A stretch of DNA of 63,219 bases, counting the filler, from Octopus bimaculoides (lineage: Eukaryota): assembly GCF_001194135.2 (NCBI RefSeq). It is 7 parts of 7 records of this genome, joined end to end, with 100 filler letters (N's around TTAATTAATTAA, not from the genome) between each part and the next. Parts side by side here need not be neighbours in the genome. Positions count along the whole stretch, not along the records: positions 22,867 to 34,150 come from NC_068991.1; positions 34,251 to 41,923 come from NC_068987.1; 5 more parts are not named here. One strand, 5' to 3'. The notes below the pieces were generated by a model that saw only the letters and a program-made list of their open reading frames with translations, searched no databases and was not told the DNA's origin. A program made the translations under genes and the position numbers. Shown here in pieces: positions 27,600-40,540 of this stretch; position 1 is the first letter of the stretch; the number at the start of each line of letters is the position of its first letter.

Positions 27600-27957
27600 G
27601 GGCGGTGATTCCGCCGTGGTCGACTTTGCCTTTCATCCTTTCGGGGTCGACAAATTAAGTACCAGTCAAGTACTGGGGTCGATGTGATCGATTTAGCCCC
27701 TTCCCACAAATTTCAGGCCTTGTGCCTATAGAAGAAAGGATTATTAGGTTGGTGAGCTGGCAGACACATTAGCACGCCGAATAAAATGCTTAGCGGCATT
27801 TCGTCCGTCTTCACGTTCTGAGTTCAACTTGTGCCGAGGCCGACTTTGCCTTTCATCCTTTCGGGATTGATAAAATAAACACCAGGTAAACACAGTGATC
27901 GATATAATTGACTTACCCCTCCCCAAAATTGCTGGCCTTGTGCTAAAATTTCAAATC
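27600..27957 (+). mobile_element. Two adjacent copies of an abundant SINE-like family (27600-27745, 27746-27957)
   Basis: Shared core gactttgcctttcatcctttcggg; same family at 28571-28786, 33093-33292 and 33784-34018. Confidence 0.85.
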
Positions 27958-28124
27958 ATCATTCAACCACATGGTTTCGGGCTCCCACGTTGATGGAATG
28001 GCATCATCAGTCTTCAATTTTCACGTTTACAACTGGCAAAAAGAAAAAAGGAAGTTAAAAGAGAGAAAAAAGAATAGAAACGAAATGGAAAACGAAGAAG
28101 AATATTTAATCAAACCCTCATCAG

Positions 28125-28206
28125 ACGGGTAGTTATGATGGGTATAATGGGCTTCGTATATTTTACCCTAGTGTCACTTTGATGGCATGCACTGCTCTCT
28201 CACTCG
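28125..28206 (+). mobile_element. SINE-like 3' fragment shared with 59361-59553
   Basis: gatgggtataatgggcttcgtatattttaccctagtgtcactttgatggcatgcactgctctctcactc recurs near 59487-59553. Confidence 0.7.
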
Positions 28207-28480
28207 TCTTCCTTTTTCTATTTTTTCTTTCTTTCTGCTTGTTATAAAACTTAAAAACTGATGATGTCATTCCATCAACGAATGGACGCTGGTTAGTCTC
28301 GTTCATAGTTTACGTTTAGATTTCTGAAATTTTGAATTTTAATCACCTTTTGCTTTGAACTTGAGAAAGACAGATGTACTGTCGAAATATTGTTCGACGA
28401 ATAAAATATCTATACAATCGAATCGCGCTCTTCGTTTTGACTATTTACCTTCGTGAAGAGTTATGTCAATCCTTTTTAAA

Positions 28481-28483
<3 letters not shown>

Positions 28484-28570
<87 letters not shown>
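28484..28570. repeat. (AAT)n microsatellite
   Basis: Pure AAT run at the 3' tail of the minus-strand SINE. Confidence 0.97.
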
Positions 28571-28571
<1 letters not shown>

Positions 28572-28786
28572 CCCCTTCTTCTACAGACTGAAGGAATGAA
28601 ATTTTGGGGCGGAGTCTCGTTGAATATGTCGACTAGCCCTCGCTCAACGGTATTTATTTTATCGACCCTGAAAATATGAAAGGCAAAGTCGGATTCGGCG
28701 TTATTTGAACTCAGAAAATAAAGAAGCGGAAGATATGTTGCTGAGCATTTTGTCCGAGACTAACGATTCTGTCAATACACTGCCCT
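28571..28786 (-). mobile_element. SINE-like repeat, diverged copy of the 27600 family
   Basis: atcgaccctgaaaatatgaaaggcaaagtcgg is the reverse complement of the family core. Confidence 0.75.
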
Positions 28787-29765
28787 GTCGTTCAGCGTCA
28801 ATAATAACTAAAGATTTAATTTAATCCTTTTTTCAGTTCTAATCCTTTTTTCAGTTCCTTAGGACGTGATCTGAGAAAGTGAAGATTATAGTTTGTTTGA
28901 AGTCATAATCTTTCAGCAATTCATTAAGGGTTCTGGCATGGTCATGTCGTTAAGAAATTCACTTCATAACTACCTGTTTTTAGAATCGATCTCTCTGTGC
29001 GACACATAAATTGTTTTCTGCCATATCCTTAGACCCACCAAAGTCTTGCGAGTGACGTTTGGCAGACAGAAACTACGTGGAATTTGTTCCTGTTTTTGGA
29101 TGTGTGGATGAGTGACTTTATCCACCACCCGCTTTAACAAGGCTACCTGTACGTGAGGTACCTTTTAGTTGAGTCCGCACTGCTGCAATGGGCGTTAATA
29201 AAGTGTTTTTCAATGGAGTTAAAAAATATTTTTTTAAAGGGGGTGAACTGTTTTTTTTTTCTTCTTTAACGGGGTTACACAGAAACTTTCAACAGAGATA
29301 AGCAGTCATAATGGCCATTCAGGGACTTTTCTTTTACCTAGAACTTTCGAATGCCCCCTTCCTTTGATTATTAAGTCGATAGGGTGTGGCTTCAGGGAGA
29401 TTTAGCAGCTATTTCTAGCTGGTCGGACTAACGTGAGAGCACTGCATCGGCTCGTTCGTTACTTAGTAGCAATTGTTGTATGTCTTAATATCAATCCTAA
29501 CAATCTAATACTTCTGTCTATCCCTAGAGTTAATCTTAATCCGATTAAGATACATAAGTATATATTGAATTAATCTGCGAGTTCAGCTGCTCTTGTTTAA
29601 TCCCTCTCCAGTAAAATCCATCCGTTCAGACAGGCACTAAGTGGGTCAATGGAGAGAGGATGAAAGAGTGATGGTTAGAGACTGGAGATAGAAAGAAAGA
29701 GGGAGTTTGTATGAGCGGTACCGATATACGTATATATAGAGGGAGAGAGACAGAGAGAAAAAGTG

Positions 29766-29817
<52 letters not shown>

Positions 29818-29949
29818 GTGTGTGTGTGTGTGTATAAAAGGAGAATGAGTCGCTATACGCTTGTGCATGTGTTTGCAAGTGTGTATGCAGGTAGATGTGC
29901 AAGAGAAAACGAAACAGCATGCGCGTGTGTTTATGTGCCTGTGTTATGA

Positions 29950-29993
<44 letters not shown>

Positions 29994-30523
29994 NNNNNNN
30001 NNNNNNNNNNNNNNNNNNNNNNNNNNNNNNNNNNNNNNNNNNNNNNNNNNNNNNNNNNNNNNNNNNNNNNNNNNNNNNNNNNNNNNNNNNNNNNNNNNNN
30101 NNNNNNNNNNNNNNNNNNNNNNNNNNNNNNNNNNNNNNNNNNNNNNNNNNNNNNNNNNNNNNNNNNNNNNNNNNNNNNNNNNNNNNNNNNNNNNNNNNNN
30201 NNNNNNNNNNNNNNNNNNNNNNNNNNNNNNNNNNNNNNNNNNNNNNNNNNNNNNNNNNNNNNNNNNNNNNNNNNNNNNNNNNNNNNNNNNNNNNNNNNTG
30301 TGTGTGTGTGTGTGTGTGTGTGTGTATTTATATATCTATGTTTTAAATGCAACTAACCACAATAGTGAAACGTGCATAGGGAACAAATGATATATGCTTG
30401 TGCTTGGTTCAATTATTATATAAATAAATATTAGGTAATTTTAAATAATTACATGTTGATAAAGCAAGATAGATTAGTAAAAGGAGGAGGTCTCATAGCA
30501 TACATGAAATCGTGCATTTAGAA

Positions 30524-30736
30524 CAGGGGTCGAGGAATTCTTTTAACCAATAACCTCAGAATATATTCATTTACGCCGACGTTACCCACTTGATTCGAAA
30601 GGAAGAAAATCGTAGATAACAAGGAACACTGTGTTTTTTTATTTATTTTACTTATGTCTAATGAGTCCTCATTACCCACAAGAATTTAATTTTTACCCCC
30701 CACTTTGGGTAATTTAACCCGGTTCGCCAACCCCTG
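30524..30736. mobile_element. hAT MITE (213 bp)
   Basis: TIRs CAGGGGTCGAGGAA / TTCGCCAACCCCTG; perfect 8-bp TSD ATTTAGAA (30516-30523, 30737-30744). Confidence 0.92.
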
Positions 30737-31134
30737 ATTTAGAACATGGAACCACAACAATAACATGGCCATTGCTACATACTGAACAAACTAGACGATC
30801 ACTCGAAATTTTGGGACGTCGGACAAATCCTAATATAACTTAAACAAAATTACATAATCCAATTAAAAACCCGAAATCACAATAATGAAGTGAGAAGGAG
30901 AAGTCACGTTCGCCTCAGAGAAGGATGGAATTTAGGGTTGAACGAGAGCTGTGGTGTCATATGACTTAAAGAATTTCGCATGGAACATTTTTAAAATATG
31001 CTAGATAACAGGTTTACTCAATGACGTTCATGATAATTATACAATAAATTTCTTATATTGCAAGTTCATTATTTTTTAACTGCATTTTTCAGTTTGAGTA
31101 AAGAAAGTGATGGCTTGAAGAAATTGTAGAAAAA

Positions 31135-31620
31135 TTTGTTGAAGAGGGCTGGAAAAGTGGTGCACCATTGTAAGGCTAGGAGAAGAGTGTGCACTTTGCA
31201 GAGCTAAGAAAAGGATATGAAAATTGTAATACTGTGAGAAATTGGCGCATATTGTAAGGATAAAAGAAGGGGTTGCAAAATGTAATGCTGAGGAAAGATG
31301 TTGCATATTGTAGGGCTGAAAGAAGAGGGCACACTTTGTAGAGCTAAGAAAAGGAGATACAAATTGTAATGCTGTGAGAAATTGGCGCACATTGTAAGGA
31401 TAAAAGAAGGGTTGCAAATTGTAATGTTGAGGAAAGATGTTGCATATTGTAGGGCTGAAAGAAAAGGGCACACTTTGTAGAACTAAGAAAAGGAGGTGCA
31501 CGTTGTAGTACTGGGAGAAGGTGAAACACATTGTAGAGCTAAGAAAAAGGAGCACACATTGTACCGCTGAGAGAAGGTGACGCAGATTGTAGGGTTAGGA
31601 AAAGGTGACGCTCACCGTAG
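31135..31620. repeat. 28-bp minisatellite with a 140-bp (5-unit) higher-order repeat
   Basis: TTGTA recurs every 28 bp for about 17 units; aaattgtaat(a/g)ctgtgagaaattggcgca at 31221 and 31361. Confidence 0.92.
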
Positions 31621-32028
31621 ACCTGGGTTTTGGAGCTAAATAACTAACACCAGTATTGGCCACCAATTTTTGAAAGAAAATGTATTGCAATCTAATCATA
31701 TGTGTGAAATATTTTTTTCTAAATTTATGTTCAGCATTTGAATGTATTTTATAACTATTGTAGTCACAAATATCTTGAATAGATTTAGTTGCTATCTGTA
31801 TGTATGTATGAACATATCTTTGTAGACATGAGATCAGTGTCTAAAAATATATTACACACACATTTACTATGTAATTATGTATGTGAACATATTTCAATTG
31901 CATCTTGTTTCTGTTTTTTGTTTTTTTGTTGTTTTTTTTTAGTTTTTCGTGTGACCTGTAAGATCTGCTAGTTTATGATGTGAGACAAGAGTTGATCCAA
32001 TATTTTATTATTTAATAATACTATTTCT

Positions 32029-32190
32029 GGAGGCGTAATGGCCCAGTGATTAGGGCAGCGGACTCGCGGTTTCGATTCCAAGACCGGGCGTTGTGAGTGT
32101 TCTTCCTGTTTCTTGAGAAACGCTGCGATGGACTGGCGTCCCGTCCAGCTGGGGGGAACACATACGCCATAGAAACCGGGAAACCGGGCC
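32029..32190 (+). mobile_element. tRNA-derived SINE, internally deleted
   Basis: A-box TGGCCCAGTGA, B-box GGTTTCGATTCC, core gatggactggcgtcccgtccag. Confidence 0.7.
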
Positions 32191-32266
32191 CAAAGAAAGA
32201 AGAATACTATTTCTAAATAGTATTACTATTTTGTAATATCATTACCTAATAGTAATACTATTCAGA

Positions 32267-32310
<44 letters not shown>

Positions 32311-33092
32311 TAAATAATAATAGTTGTAATACTAGTTACTACTTAAATAAACAGTAATTAACAATTAACCAAGTAACTGGATGAAAAAAATGTTTGATTG
32401 TTCAGAATCAAGGCTGACCTGGTGTTAAGCAACATTGCTAAAAATGTAAATGTCGAAAACAAAAATAGAAATAAAAAATTTATACGCAAAAACCTACAGA
32501 ACATTTGGAGGAAAAAAAACAGATTTTCTTCAATAATCATTGTCAAAACATTTGTACTTCTTGCCTTCCGTATTTTCTGAGATCTCGGAGCAGAGANNNN
32601 NNNNNNNNNNNNNNNNNNNNNCAAAAGATTGGTGACAAACTCTTTCGATGGTTTTATATGTTGGAAGGAGTGAATAATAATTCACGATGTTTAGACTCTC
32701 AGGTTAGTTCTGCTCACGAAAACCTTTAGTCAAAGCGTTCGAGCTATGACATCCCATCAATTTGTTTACTGACTCATCGGTCCGGCGGAATAGTTTGACT
32801 GGGGAAGCACACATCGTCTAAAATGAGTCGGTGTTCTCCGATGACGAAAAACAACAGTGATCAAATATTCACGCTCGAATCTACCAGTTCATGCCTGTTT
32901 GTAACAGGCACGATTCATTGATGAAAGGGGATTCTGAGACATTGTAGTGTCTCATCGGTCAAACCTTATCGAACCGCTTTAAGTTGTATTTAAAGAAGTT
33001 GGTAAGGTTTTGCTTGTTTGATTAGTTTGAGAAAAAAAGAAAAAAACAACTAGCTTCAGGCACTAAGCTTTTTATAATATTACCTCTAACAT

Positions 33093-33292
33093 GCGGCGGC
33101 TAGCTGGCAGAATCGTTAGCACGCCGGGTGAAATGCTTAGCAGGATTTCGTCTGGGTTCAAATTTCGCCGAGGTGGACTTGGCCTTTCATCCTTTCGAGG
33201 TCGATAAAATAAGTACCAGTTGCGTACTAGGGTCGATCTAATCAACTGATCCCCTCCGCCAAAATTTCCGGCCTTGCGCCTATAGTAGAAAG
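33093..33292 (+). mobile_element. SINE-like repeat (27600 family)
   Basis: ggcggctagctggcagaatcgttagcacgccggg...ggcctttcatcctttcgaggtcgat. Confidence 0.85.
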
Positions 33293-33783
33293 TTCATTTT
33301 CATTCAACTTCAAGTGTTTTATTTCTGAATGTTTATATTGTTCTGAAGGTACAGTATGACTAAATGATTAAAAAGCTCTATTTGAAAATTCGAGATCATA
33401 GGTTCGATCCCACCGCGTGGCATCTATGGCCGATGCCATTTTCTTTGGTTTCTGGTCGACCCATACCCTGGTCAGAATACAATTGACTAGACGGAAAGCG
33501 AATAGAAATCTATCGAATGGAATGTCACTGTCATTCAAAAGGTACTTTACCTGCAAATTACGTCAAAGGTGCACGTGTCGGTGGAATGCTCCACGTTAAT
33601 TCAAAGGGCAGCTAATTCAGTCGGTCAAACAACTCATCGACGAACGACGGAGAGCCACCACTCTACAAAAGTTGTCACTACATAATTACCGACTAAATTC
33701 GAACTAAAGATTTATTTCCAAACAATTTCTCGATATTTAAAGGTGTGGTACCCTCTGTTTTGTTGTTGTTGTTTTATACAATA

Positions 33784-34018
33784 TCTTATTTCTTTACTGC
33801 CCACAAGGGGCTACACACAGAGGGGACATACAAGGACAGACAAACGGATGAAGTCGATTATATCGACTCCAGTGCGTCACTGGTACTTAATTTATCGACC
33901 CCGAAAGGATGAAAAGCAAAGTCGACCTGGGCGGAATTTGAACTCAGAATGTAACGGCAGACGAAATACCGCCAAGCATTTCGCCCGGCGTGCTAACGCT
34001 TCTGCCAGCTCGCCGCCT
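33784..34018 (-). mobile_element. SINE-like repeat (27600 family), apparently full-length, well preserved
   Basis: Reverse complement runs ggcggcgagctggcagaagcgttagcacgccgggcgaaatgc...cttgtgggcagtaaagaaataag. Confidence 0.88.
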
Positions 34019-34416
34019 TGTTTTATATAATATCTGTTTTGATAATGTCTTTAAAGAAACAACAAAGAAACGACAACAAAACAAACCTATCCAAATAGAT
34101 TGATTAAAGAGTGGGAATGAGTCGAGTCCTTCCAGTGTCTCCTCTTCATANNNNNNNNNNNNNNNNNNNNNNNNNNNNNNNNNNNNNNNNNNNNTTAATT
34201 AATTAANNNNNNNNNNNNNNNNNNNNNNNNNNNNNNNNNNNNNNNNNNNNTCCTGGAAATGTGCCACACAGGGCAGATTTCCGTTGCAAAAACTTGCACC
34301 AGAGAGTCTATAAGTTGTTATACAACTTTCTATATAAAATAAACTTTACAAACAAACTTTTTAAAACACGAAAAAGGCAAAACGTACGGAGCCGACACGT
34401 CTACCGTCTGTCCATA

Positions 34417-34417
34417 G

Positions 34418-34480
<63 letters not shown>
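34417..34480. repeat. (GATA)n microsatellite
   Basis: Pure GATA run. Confidence 0.97.
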
Positions 34481-34705
34481 AAGTCTCTTACGTGTGTAAG
34501 ATTTTATTCTGGAAGTCTTTTAAGGTCTTATTTTATTTCTCCCATTTATGATAGTTTTTTTTTCTTTTCCAGTGCATATTTGCCTTGTTTGTTAGTCCTT
34601 CATGTAGATACGATGACCGTATTCTCTACAAACTACATGCAAGCCCTCTTTTGTTCTTTTCGGGTCTGAATGTGGGATATGTATATGCGTGCGGGTGTGT
34701 GTGAT

Positions 34706-34838
34706 GGGTTTCTTTCAGTTTCCATCTAGCAAATCAACTCAGAAGGCTTTGGTCGGCCCGAGGCTATAGTAGAAGACACTTGTTCAAGGTGCCACGCAGT
34801 GGGACTGAACACGGAAATTTAGTTGGGAAGCTATCTTA
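34706..34838 (-). mobile_element. tRNA-head SINE family 2
   Basis: Reverse complement gttcagtcccactgcgtggcaccttgaacaagtgtcttctactatagcctcgggccgaccaaagcc; related copies at 41716-41880, 42051-42200 and 48606-48750. Confidence 0.8.
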
Positions 34839-37800
34839 TTATTATTATTATTACTACAGGAACATAGAGTGCATTGAAGTAGCAGAACTTTTAGACCGTC
34901 GAACAAATTGTGTTCCAGTGTTTTGTTAAGGCGTTTTATGTTCTATGTTTAAAACCGTTTGAAGTAACACTAACTTTCCTATCATCCGTGTCGAATTAAA
35001 TAATGCACCAATCAATTTCTAGTGTTGACTGCTTCCTTTTCATCAAATTCCTTATTGTCTACTTTTGTTAAAAATATTGTAACCAAAAAGAAGAAGAAAA
35101 GAAAGAAAAAGGTTGATAAAATGTATTTTTATCCCTTTATATTCTGATAAAATTCCCCCACTATGACCAATTTCTCCTTTTTAGAATTCATAAAAACAGA
35201 ATATTTGGTGTGTCATTTCAATAGATACCATGCTAAAATACTTATGCTACCAAAATATAGCCATGTGTCAATGCAAGATAGCCATGTGTTAATTATTACA
35301 AAAGACGGTAGGGTAGTGGTTGGCAGATGGAGTGTCCAGAAAAGAGGATATGTCTTGATGCATAAGTGGATTTAGATGTATAGGAGCTTCTAGATACTAG
35401 ATTAGTTTTTTAAGAGATTAGTTTCGGAGATTAAATACATCATCCCAAAATATACAAATAAATTACTTTATTTGTAATTTCAACATTTTAGAATGAAACC
35501 AAATGCTAAAAAAATATTTGTACGGTATTTCAAAATCGTTAATAACTCACCTCCATTACTCCAAAGTTCATTAGCGAAAACTGGCACTTATTAAATTATA
35601 CACGATTTCAGTCTCCATTATTTTTGGTGTCTCTAGAAACGATTTGTAATGTTGACGTGTGTGATTCTACAAACATCAAGAGACAATAAATTGCTATAAC
35701 TTTTTCAGAAGGTCTGTTAGCTAAGTCAAGAACTCAATGAGAAGATTTACATCAATTAAAAGTACCATCACAAAACTTTACAAACAGTATGTTGACCAAA
35801 CATATAGGTTATTAGTGGTTCTTATTTGCACGTAGATATTTATAAAGAGAGCCATAGATTCCCATTTATTATGATTGTAGAGTAACAAACAAATAGTCGA
35901 CATTTGGTATCGATTTGGCGATGTCGTACTGTTTTATGGCTGCCTCGTGATAGCTCAGCTTACGTAGGCGTAAATAGGTACGACAAGTAGGCGTCGCTTA
36001 CTGTTATATGCTATGAAAGAGCAATACAATCAAAAAGTGTTATATAAGTTTGCAGTTATACGTTGAAATACTTTAATGAGTGTATATCCTAGCTGGGGTC
36101 GGTTCTTTTAAAATAACTTTCTCTAGATACGCTAGAGTAAAACTAAATTATCAGGTCATAACTCACAAAATATTTATAAAATTATAGTGGAATGGTGAAA
36201 TCTATTCATTGATTTTATGTATATGCGATTAGTTTATGTAAATTTAAGACTAAATCTTTCCATTACAATTCCTGACAAGTTAAACTTAATGTGAATTCTA
36301 GTGTTGGACTCTGCTTCTAAAGAACCGGCTTTCGATCAATTTGTAAACAACTTCTCTTCAAGCGTGAAGTTATTTCAAATTTTAATAGCTTCGGCGTCAA
36401 AGACAATTATTATGGGGAGCAAGTATTCTCATTAGGTCAATTGCATTTCACAATAACAGTTGTAGTTAAGGAAGGATGAGTCTGTAACCTTCTAAGTCTG
36501 TTAATGTCAGAGAAAATGAGAAACTATTAATTTAGAATTAACTACTGTCACGTCCTTAAATGGAAATGGTAAGCTTCTGGAAAACAAAGTTTCTGATTCG
36601 CTTGTTCTTGTAGATGCTTTTATTGTTCATATGTAGAAGGGGGTCTAACAGACTGGTGACTAAAGGTTATCTTGCCATGACCATCCTATCGTTTGCGTGG
36701 CATTTCTAGTATTACATTCTCCATGACTGTTCGTTATTGAAGGAGGAGGTATATGAATTATGTGTGATTTAGCAGCTATATATAGCGTATAAATAGGTGC
36801 AGTACAGCCGAATGTTTAAGAAGTACTTTTCGCAAGTATAAGGCCCCGGGTTCGATTCTATTGTGCAACAACTTAGGCTAATATAATTGCTTTCAGCTTC
36901 GGGTTGGCCCTTAACTTGCGATTGAAATCGGTAGATGAAAACTCTCTAGAAGACTGTTGAGTGGATTGTACCAGCCATTGAAAATGTGTGGCCTCATCAT
37001 ACACTGTCTCACGCTAACTCTACATTAATTGTGCATGTATATGTGGAACGCTTACTGTTTTGATAGTATACGATCAAAGAAGCAACAAAATAAAATACCA
37101 GTCAGGATTTGGGTTTGCTTGTAAATATATGTATGGCCGTGCGTCCTTCTTATGGATACTAGAAAACAAAGTAACTCCCAGCAATCTAAATCTGTTGAAA
37201 TCTCTCATTGTTGTACGCCGTAAATTCCTATGAAAAATAAAATACGATCGTTTTTGTCGTTAGAATATTTCGTAATTATTGAAAGGTGTAGAGTAGTTGA
37301 TTAGAAAAAGAATCCAATAATCCCTCGCCATATTGCGGTTCACCTATCACAGTTTGTTATTTAAGCTTACGTCGATTCCTATGTGGTGTTGTATTGCATT
37401 TATAATAAAATGAATATAAGCACATTATAAAACAATAATAATAAAATATACAGTACTGTTTTTGATGCACGGATTTTTATCAATCGCCGGGTGGTGGAGA
37501 AGTAACACCCGCGATAGTCTCGGGATTACTGTATTACGTCTCTATCTAAATTAACTTTTGCAATTTTAAACTAGTTGCATCAAATATCTCTTGCACGGAG
37601 TTATTCATTTATTATAGTACGGTAAGGTACGACTTAAACTTCTAATAATATATTCTGGATACTCTAATAATAAATATATAATAATATCAATAATATATTA
37701 TAATATAAATAATATAACATACCTGCATAAACATGAAGGAATTTGGAAAGCTCAAGACAGCATGTGTAAAAAAAGGCATCATTCAAATTACACTAGTAAT

Positions 37801-37854
37801 GCATTTACAAAGTGTCTATAACCAACACATTTAGTACTGAACAGCATAGTACTA

Positions 37855-38046
37855 CGAGGGTTATTAAAATTTTCCTGGCTTTAAGGGTGTCGAGAAAAGC
37901 CTGGTTGGAGGCCCAACCTTCAGAAAAACGTTTACACGGTTTAAAAAAAAACTGAAGGACTTCTGCAATAAGAGTGAAATATATTGAACAAACTCATAAT
38001 TAACTGATCCTCTTCTATTTTCTGTTACCCAAACAGTAGCCCCTCA
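37855..38046 (+). mobile_element. Non-autonomous mariner deletion derivative (192 bp)
   Basis: TA|CGAGGGGTTATT...AGTAGCCCCTCA|TA termini; residual transposase C-terminus (KKLKDFCNK). Confidence 0.7.
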
Positions 38047-38394
38047 TATATGAGATGTAATACATCAGAATGACGTAAACGGTGTTATTTCTAGGTAAAC
38101 AATGGTGAAGTGTTCCATACAATAAGAGTGGCTCTCAATGCAATTAAGGATTTGCCGTGCATGTCTTTTTCACCACGAAAACTGACATTCTGAAATGTGT
38201 ACATTCGTCTATAATTAGGCCGGTTGTTACCATAACCGATCTGGACACGGCGCTGGAAAACAATTCAAAACTTATATTACCCTACCTTTGTTTGCAGAGG
38301 TAATATGGTTAAATGCTAATTCTTCTATCGAAAAATGGCCTCAACGTTTGCGGAGAGGACTAGTCAGTTACATATGCAACTCCAGTGCTTGGCT

Positions 38395-39235
38395 GGGATG
38401 TTTCTGATTTGACGGGCAACACTTTTCATTAATGTTTTATGTAGTGTTTTTGGTACCGAAACAATTTCAAACTTCGTATATTTTGTGTTATAGAACAGAT
38501 AAAAATTTTTGTATTCGAAGTTATTTCATGTAAAAAATTGTCGTATTTCGGTAATTTCAACCAATCACTGACTTCTGTTGAGGTGAAAACAATTACTGCC
38601 GTGGAATGTAAACAACGGTGTCATGGGATCTTTTCCTTGAATAAAATTAGTGCCGTTGTTTGTCAACAACAACTATCCGTGTTACTGTTATTTATGACAT
38701 CGTTCGTGCGTTTGTACTGGTTTTAGCTTTAGGGTTTTAGGGTTAGGGTTCGGGTTTTAGAGTTAGGTTTAGTTTTAGGATTACGGTTAGGGTCATGATT
38801 ATTTTTGTCATAACCTCACTCATATCCCTAACCCTAAACCTAAAACCCTATAACTCATAACCATAACCCTAACCCTGACCCCAACCCTAACCCTAAAACT
38901 CTAACCCTAACTCTAAAACCCGAACCCTAACCCTAAAACCTTAAACCCCTACTAGGGAATAATGATATAATTAAACAGGGAATAACACTCTTGACACCGG
39001 CAAAAATTATTGTTTATAAAAGCAGCAGTAACTGTATTCAGCTGAATAGACGTCAGTAATTGATTGAAATTACAGAAATACGACAACTTTAACATGTAAT
39101 AACTTGCAATATATAAATTTTTGTTAAGAAAGCTAAGAAAAAAGATGTTTTATATGACACATTCTACCAGTATCCCAAGTTTGAAAGTGGTTTCGTTAAG
39201 AAAACAAGTGTTGCCCGTCAAATCAGAAAGATCCC
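38395..39235. mobile_element. Foldback/TIR element with internal head-to-head telomere-like repeats
   Basis: TIRs GGGATGTTTCTGATTTGACGGGCAACACTT / AAGTGTTGCCCGTCAAATCAGAAAGATCCC; about 200-bp imperfect arms; 6-bp TSD TTGGCT (38389-38394, 39236-39241). Confidence 0.88.
38718..38950. repeat. Interstitial degenerate (TTAGGG)n followed by (CCCTAA)n
   Basis: TTAGGG/TTTTAGGG/TTCGGG variants to about 38795, then CCCTAA-type repeats from about 38825 to 38950; the variant order is mirrored. Confidence 0.95.
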
Positions 39236-39733
39236 TTGGCTGCTACGTATTTTATTGGCCCCGAAACAGGTTTATCAGTAAAGTTGGCTAAGTTATAATT
39301 TGAAGTTAGAACGTAAATACTGATAACAATTTTCTGTGGAATTGCTAACGAGTCTACCAGCCCGCCAACCAACTGATCAACAAATATTTCAATAGGCAGG
39401 CAACTACTGACCTGCCGTGTCTAGTATGATAAAATTGTGCTAAATTCTGATTCGCTACTAAAATGTACTGGGTAATGAAGGTGATGATTGACTTCGAGTG
39501 TTCTATTTACTACAATAATACTTCCCAAACTATATTTAGTTAAACTAATTTGCCAACAGCATTATTTGAGTTAACGAAACACGCATCAATTACACACAGT
39601 AAATCCGCTTGGCACAACTGCGGCGTGTAGCTTACTCTCTCTCTCGCTTTCCCTCCCACCCTTTCTTCTCTCCTTTTTTCTCTCTCTTTATCTTTCAATT
39701 TCTCTCTCTTTATCTTTCACTTTCTATCTCTCC

Positions 39734-39773
<40 letters not shown>

Positions 39774-40495
39774 NNNNNNNNNNNNNNNNNNNNNNNNNNN
39801 NNNNNNNNNNNNNNNNNNNNNNNNNNNNNNNNNNNNNNNNNNNNNNNNNNNNNNNNNNNNNNNNNNNNNNNNNNNNNNNNNNNNNNNNNNNNNNNNNNNN
39901 NNNNNNNNNNNNNNNNNNNNNNNNNNNNNNNNNNNNNNNNNNNNNNNNNNNNNNNNNNNNNNNNNNNNNNNNNNNNNNNNNNNNNNNNNNNNNNNNNNNN
40001 NNNNNNNNNNNNNNNNNNNNNNNNNNNNNNNNNNNNNNNNNNNNNNNNNNNNNNNNNNNNNNNNNNNNNNNNNNNNNNNNNNNNNNNNNNNNNNNNNNNN
40101 NNNNNNNNNNNNNNNNNNNNNNNNNNNNNNNNNNNNNNNNNNNNNNNNNNNNNNNNNNNNNNNNNNNNNNNNNNNNNNNNNNNNNNNNNNNNNNNNNNNN
40201 NNNNNNNNNNNNNNNNNNNNNNNNNNNNNNNNNNNNNNNNNNNNNNNNNNNNNNNNNNNNNNNNNNNNNNNNNNNNNNNNNNNNNNNNNNNNNNNNNNNN
40301 NNNNNNNNNNNNNNNNNNNNNNNNNNNNNNNNNNNNNNNNNNNNNNNNNNNNNNNNNNNNNNNNNNNNNNNNNNNNNNNNNNNNNNNNNNNNNNNNNNNN
40401 NNNNNNNNNNNNNNNNNNNNNNNNNNNNNNNNNNNNNNNNNNNNNNNNNNNNNNNNNNNNNNNNNNNNNNNNNNNNNNNNNNNNNNNNNNNNNNN

Positions 40496-40540
<45 letters not shown>

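Noticed and set aside
31135-31620. CRISPR-like or zinc-finger-like 28-bp periodicity
   Set aside because: Units are contiguous with no unique spacers, there are no cas genes, and translations show no Cys/His pattern.
35184-35308. Candidate exon after a strong acceptor (ttctcctttttag)
   Set aside because: Open frame but weak donor and no recognisable domain.
38718-38950. Chromosome end-to-end fusion scar
   Set aside because: The arrays are enclosed by TIRs and a 6-bp TSD and mirror each other, which an insertion explains better.
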